Positions 60,296 to 64,000 of a DNA stretch of 64,000 nt are shown piece after piece. The DNA is from Candidatus Omnitrophota bacterium (GTDB lineage Bacteria > Omnitrophota > Gorgyraeia > Zapsychrales > Fredricksoniimonadaceae), in assembly GCA_903944345.1 (NCBI GenBank), contig CAJARJ010000012.1:68266-132265 (forward strand). Direction: 5' to 3'. The notes under the pieces were generated by a model. The model worked only from the letters and a program-made list of their open reading frames with translations. It ran no database searches and was not told where the DNA came from. Each line of letters starts with the position of its first letter. Position 1 is the stretch's first letter. The position numbers and the translations under genes are program-made.

Positions 60296-61035
60296 CTGGA
60301 ATCCTCCACCCCGGTTCCGGAAACCGCCCCGAAACGACGGGAACGCCGCTGAAACTCGGCAACCGCCTTGTTAAGTTCCGCCGCATCGAAATCAGGCCAG
60401 AATTTGTCCACAAAATAAAATTCGGCATACGATAGCTGCCATAACAAAAAGTTGCTGATCCTGATTTCACCGGAAGTCCGTATAAGCAAATCCGGATCGG
60501 GCAGCCCTCCCGTGTAAAGGCGCGAGGAAATCAAATCCTCTGTAATCTCACCCGGAGTTAATTTCCCGGAAACACAATCCAAAGAAACAGACCGCACGGC
60601 ATCCAGAATCTCCTGACGACTGCCATAATTAAAGGCCACATTGAGCACCAGCCCGGTATTGCCGGCGGTTTTCTGCATGGCCCGGTCAAAAACAGCAAGA
60701 ACCGCAGGCGGCACACCCTGCCGACGACCGCAATGCCTGAAAACAACCCCGTTGTCGTGCAACTTCTTCAGCTTTGATTCAAGAGCCATAATCAGGGTGC
60801 GCATCAACATATTAACCTCGGCCTCCGGCCTTGACCAGTTCTCGGTAGAGAACGTATACAGGGTCAAAACCTTGACGCCCAGCCTGCTAGCTTCCAAAAC
60901 AATCTCGTCGACTCTTTTGACACCTTCCAGATGCCCCTGCGGACGCGACAAACCACGCGATTTAGCCCATCTTCCGTTACCATCCATGATAACAGCGATA
61001 TGAACAGGAACAAGCTTTCCGGCATTATTCTTCAT
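60292..61035 (-). CDS. uppS: Undecaprenyl diphosphate synthase.
   Basis: HIAVIMDGNGRWA. Start at MKNNAG. Confidence 0.85.
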   Translation of the reverse strand: MKNNAGKLVPVHIAVIMDGNGRWAKSRGLSRPQGHLEGVKRVDEIVLEASRLGVKVLTLYTFSTENWSRPEAEVNMLMRTLIMALESKLKKLHDNGVVFRHCGRRQGVPPAVLAVFDRAMQKTAGNTGLVLNVAFNYGSRQEILDAVRSVSLDCVSGKLTPGEITEDLISSRLYTGGLPDPDLLIRTSGEIRISNFLLWQLSYAEFYFVDKFWPDFDAAELNKAVAEFQRRSRRFGAVSGTGVEDSR

Positions 61036-61124
61036 GGTTCCACCAAAAAAATGGGGGATAGAATCCCCCATACCAGTTTTTGCCTGCGACGTATGTGCCC
61101 AAGGCAATTTAAAGTCTGCAAAAA

Positions 61125-61550
61125 CTACGGTGAAGAAACAGGGTTCGTTTGCGAGCCCTCATTCATGCCCGCATCTTCCACCAAAGCGGATTGGGCAGCC
61201 CGGGAATCCAGCAAAGCTTTTTCTTTCCTGGCAAGCTCAAGATCCTTCTCTAAAGAAGACTTCGCGCGATCCAGCTCCTGCATCTGACTTTTTAACCTGG
61301 CGGCCTGGCTCTTTTCCTTATCCAGCACTTCCTGGCTTTTGGAAAGCTTCACCTGAGTTGTCTGCAAATCCGCTTCAAGCTTTTTTATGCGATATTCACT
61401 CTTTTGCAGCTCTTCTTCGGCAATCATTCGGCTGTAACGTTCCTGCTCAAGAATTTTGGTGACATCCGCATTCTCGCGATTAAAACGAAAAAGCAGGATA
61501 AAACTGATAATTGCCGAAACCAGAATCAATCCGATAACAAAGTTTTTCAC
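61125..61550 (-). CDS. Membrane-anchored coiled-coil protein (141 aa).
   Basis: N-terminal TM followed by heptad-rich sequence. Confidence 0.45.
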   Translation of the reverse strand: MKNFVIGLILVSAIISFILLFRFNRENADVTKILEQERYSRMIAEEELQKSEYRIKKLEADLQTTQVKLSKSQEVLDKEKSQAARLKSQMQELDRAKSSLEKDLELARKEKALLDSRAAQSALVEDAGMNEGSQTNPVSSP

Positions 61551-61570
61551 CAGGAAAACCTTATTCAGGG

Positions 61571-62188
61571 TTAATGCTGCACAGAACCATCTTTTGTCAA
61601 CCGGGGCAGAATGACAATTTCGACCCGGCGGTTTCGCTGACGGCCTTCTTTTGTGTCATTAGAGATCACCGGACGGTACTCGCCATAACCGATCACCGCA
61701 AGGCGCTGCGGAGCAACGCCCTTTCCGGTTAAATGATGCAAAACACTCAAGGCCCGGGCAACCGAAAGTTCCCAGTTGGACTTCCAGCCCGAGCGACTGA
61801 TCGATTCGTTATCCGTATGCCCCTCTATTCCGACATCCAGATCAGGAACTGTCGAGCCCAGAACAGCGGCAACTTTCTCAAGCCTGGCAAAAGAATTGGG
61901 CTTGAGCTCCGAGCGCCCCGAGTCAAACAGAACCTCAGCAACAAATGAAATTACAAGGCCTTTCTCCAGCATTTCGATACGAACTTCCTTGTCTGCAATC
62001 TCGTTGGCCAGGCGATCCTCAAGATCCTTCTGGGCACGTTCCATCTCGCTTAACTCGTTCTTGAGATAAGTGATCTTTTCAGATTCAGCCAGACGCCCTT
62101 TTCCGGAGAAAGCGGCACAACCGGAACAAACGAAAACCAGCAACAAAAAAGAGAAGCAATAGTGCAGAGAAGACATCCGGACATTCAT
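61571..62188 (-). CDS. OmpA/MotB C-terminal-domain (peptidoglycan-binding) lipoprotein with an N-terminal coiled coil.
   Basis: OmpA_C motifs (NxxLSxxRA...R...). Signal peptide with a Cys. Confidence 0.6.
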   Translation of the reverse strand: MNVRMSSLHYCFSFLLLVFVCSGCAAFSGKGRLAESEKITYLKNELSEMERAQKDLEDRLANEIADKEVRIEMLEKGLVISFVAEVLFDSGRSELKPNSFARLEKVAAVLGSTVPDLDVGIEGHTDNESISRSGWKSNWELSVARALSVLHHLTGKGVAPQRLAVIGYGEYRPVISNDTKEGRQRNRRVEIVILPRLTKDGSVQH

Positions 62189-62272
62189 AGAAATCCTCTT
62201 GATTTTTTTCAAACTAACATAGCCAATTGGCAAAGTCAAGCTGCACAAAGGCAATCTTTACACCGAAATAGC

Positions 62273-63544
62273 CTAACGGACAATAATTTCATCACGTTCC
62301 GATCCGATAGAAATATATTTGATCGGAACACCGACCAAAGCTTCCAGACGCTTGATATAAGAACGCGCCTGTACGGGAAGCCTGGAAAACTCACGAATAG
62401 CGCCCAAAGGCTTCTGCCAGCCCGGCATTTCCTCGTAAACAGGCTTGGCCCCGCAAAGAACTTCGTAATCATGCGGGAAATCGCTAAAAAGCTTGCCTTT
62501 ATATTTGTAACCCGTACACAACCGGATGGTCTTGAGTTCATCAAGAACATCCAGCTTCATAATGGCCAGTTCATCAAACCCTCCGGTAATGGCAGCGTAA
62601 CGTACAAGTACGCTGTCAAACCAGCCACAGCGGCGAGCTCTTCCGGTTGTAGCCCCGAATTCCTTGCCGCGCGAGCGAATCTCGTCATCCATCTCCTTGC
62701 CGAACTCGGTAGGGAAAGGCCCCTCACCAACTCGCGTTGTATAGGCCTTGACCGCAGCAATCACCTTGTCAATCCTGGTAGGCGCAACTCCACTCCCGCT
62801 GGCAGCTCCACCAACAGTTGTGTTGGAAGAAGTAACAAAAGGATAGGTCCCGAAATCAATGTCAAGAAAAGCCCCCTGGGCGCCTTCGAAAAGAACGGAC
62901 GATTTACGATTGATGGCATCATTAATAAACAAAGCGGTATCACAGACATACGGCTTAAGCCGGCGCGCGTAGGCCTGGTATTCGTCATGAATGGAATCAA
63001 ACGAAAACCCTTCCTGGGAGAAAACCTTTTTGAAGTATTCGTTCTTTTCTTTCAGATTATCTTTCAGCTTGGCCGAAAAGACACGCGGATTCATCAAATC
63101 CACCATACGTATCCCGCAACGAGTGACTTTATCCGCATAACAAGGGCCAATCCCGCGTCCTGTGGTACCTATCTTGTGTTCCCGGATGTTTTCGCGTAAC
63201 CCGTCAAGAATACGATGATACGGCATGACCACGTGACTGTTGACCGCAATCTTGAGCTTGTCGGGTGTAACCCTGATGCCGCGCTTTTTCAAGCCGTCGA
63301 TTTCTTCGAGCAGGGCCTTGGGATCAACCACAACACCGTTGCCGATCACACACACTTTTCCGTCGCGCAAGATCGCGGAAGGAAGTAGATGAAAAACATA
63401 GCGTTCCTGACCAACAATCACCGTATGCCCGGCATTACTTCCGCCCTGATAGCGGACGGTAACGTCCACATCTTTCGAAAGAATGTCGATCAGCTTGCCT
63501 TTACCTTCATCCCCCCACTGGGCCCCGACCACCACTATGTTCAT
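62273..63544 (-). CDS. purA: Adenylosuccinate synthetase.
   Basis: VVVGAQWGDEGKGK. Confidence 0.9.
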   Translation of the reverse strand: MNIVVVGAQWGDEGKGKLIDILSKDVDVTVRYQGGSNAGHTVIVGQERYVFHLLPSAILRDGKVCVIGNGVVVDPKALLEEIDGLKKRGIRVTPDKLKIAVNSHVVMPYHRILDGLRENIREHKIGTTGRGIGPCYADKVTRCGIRMVDLMNPRVFSAKLKDNLKEKNEYFKKVFSQEGFSFDSIHDEYQAYARRLKPYVCDTALFINDAINRKSSVLFEGAQGAFLDIDFGTYPFVTSSNTTVGGAASGSGVAPTRIDKVIAAVKAYTTRVGEGPFPTEFGKEMDDEIRSRGKEFGATTGRARRCGWFDSVLVRYAAITGGFDELAIMKLDVLDELKTIRLCTGYKYKGKLFSDFPHDYEVLCGAKPVYEEMPGWQKPLGAIREFSRLPVQARSYIKRLEALVGVPIKYISIGSERDEIIVR

Positions 63545-63572
63545 TATTTACCTGTCTTCCTGATATGCTGTT

Positions 63573-63977
63573 TCACAAAAGAAAAAATAGTCCGATCCCG
63601 ACCGCTCCCAAAAAAGCGGCTGACACAGCCAACAACAAAGAACGATACCGGCCAAGCCCCTGCGGCCGCTGCGCCATTTCGAGTAAAGCCTCACCCATCA
63701 ATGGCAGGGCAATCAAAAGAAAGCACTTGAACAACTGATACACGAAAAGAGCAAATAAAATACCGACAGCTCTCCCCGGAAAAACAACATTTAAGGCCAA
63801 CGCACTCACGTGATAACTGGGCGGCCAGACAGCAGCAGTCCAGGCCCATAACAAAGCCAATACCACAGCCGCCAGTGCCGCAAAAGCCGGAGGCCAGCTG
63901 ATTCGCGGCAAGGCCAGGAGTTCAAATTCACGCCGGGGACCTATTCCATACAAACCACACCATTTGGACACAAACAA
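63573..63977 (-). CDS. Hydrophobic membrane protein. Possibly N-terminally incomplete at the window edge.
   Basis: ORF with several TM helices. Confidence 0.3.
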   Translation of the reverse strand: MFVSKWCGLYGIGPRREFELLALPRISWPPAFAALAAVVLALLWAWTAAVWPPSYHVSALALNVVFPGRAVGILFALFVYQLFKCFLLIALPLMGEALLEMAQRPQGLGRYRSLLLAVSAAFLGAVGIGLFFLL

Positions 63978-64000
63978 TGCCGAATAAAAAATCAGTCCGC

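Overview
The window is a bacterial chromosome segment. Gene content and order look Desulfobacterota (deltaproteobacteria)-like; this is an inference from gene content only. Almost all genes are on the minus strand.

Positions 1 to about 8200 are visibly AT-richer than the rest of the window (judged by eye, not computed). They form an accessory island that runs off the left edge of the window. It is bounded by two copies of a 30-bp direct repeat, each with an inverted 18-mer partner, and it abuts a duplicated 18-nt 3' fragment of tRNA-Asn (an att-like remnant). The island carries a candidate CBASS-like operon: a small protein, a SMODS-type nucleotidyltransferase, a SLATT-like 2TM protein, a second SMODS-type nucleotidyltransferase, a His-rich protein, and nearby a YiiX/DUF830 peptidase. 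Immediately upstream on the same strand sits an XRE-HTH plus ImmA/IrrE-metallopeptidase pair (CapH/CapP-like), with a perfect 21-bp palindrome in the promoter gap.

Right of the island, tRNA-Asn(GUU) is split into a 35-nt 5' exon and a 38-nt 3' exon by a 554-nt insertion. The insertion has group-I-intron R/S (P7) core motifs, a terminal G, a U at the 5' splice site, and an HNH endonuclease ORF. Removing it restores a canonical 73-nt tRNA-Asn.

The rest is core genome. Minus strand unless noted, the genes are:
- recR-dnaX, tex, valS.
- A threonine/isoleucine cluster: cimA, lysC, an apgM-like gene, a coaB-like gene, thrC, hom.
- A PilZ-domain gene, tRNA-Pro, gpsA, a GT2 / large-membrane-protein pair, tRNA-Gly.
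- A TPR/SGNH protein, SulP, mscL, and an RND pump with its outer-membrane factor but no adaptor gene.
- A beta-carbonic-anhydrase-like small gene and, on the plus strand, a divergent LysR regulator.
- tRNA-Tyr and tRNA-Thr, then on the plus strand recN and pfk.
- An 890-aa protein with a C-terminal Hanks-type kinase domain, then spoVG.
- Plus strand: an XRE-cupin regulator and a pseudo-receiver.
- A SpoIID-like gene, ruvB, scpA, trpS, infB, nusA, rimP, proS.
- A solitary CpaF-like ATPase.
- rseP, dxr, cdsA, uppS, an OmpA-like lipoprotein pair, and purA.

Two paralogous, terminator-ended elements of about 180 nt lie convergent to tRNA genes (tRNA-Asn and tRNA-Tyr). They show a compensatory base change in a shared hairpin and look like an undescribed sRNA or an integrase arm-site relic.
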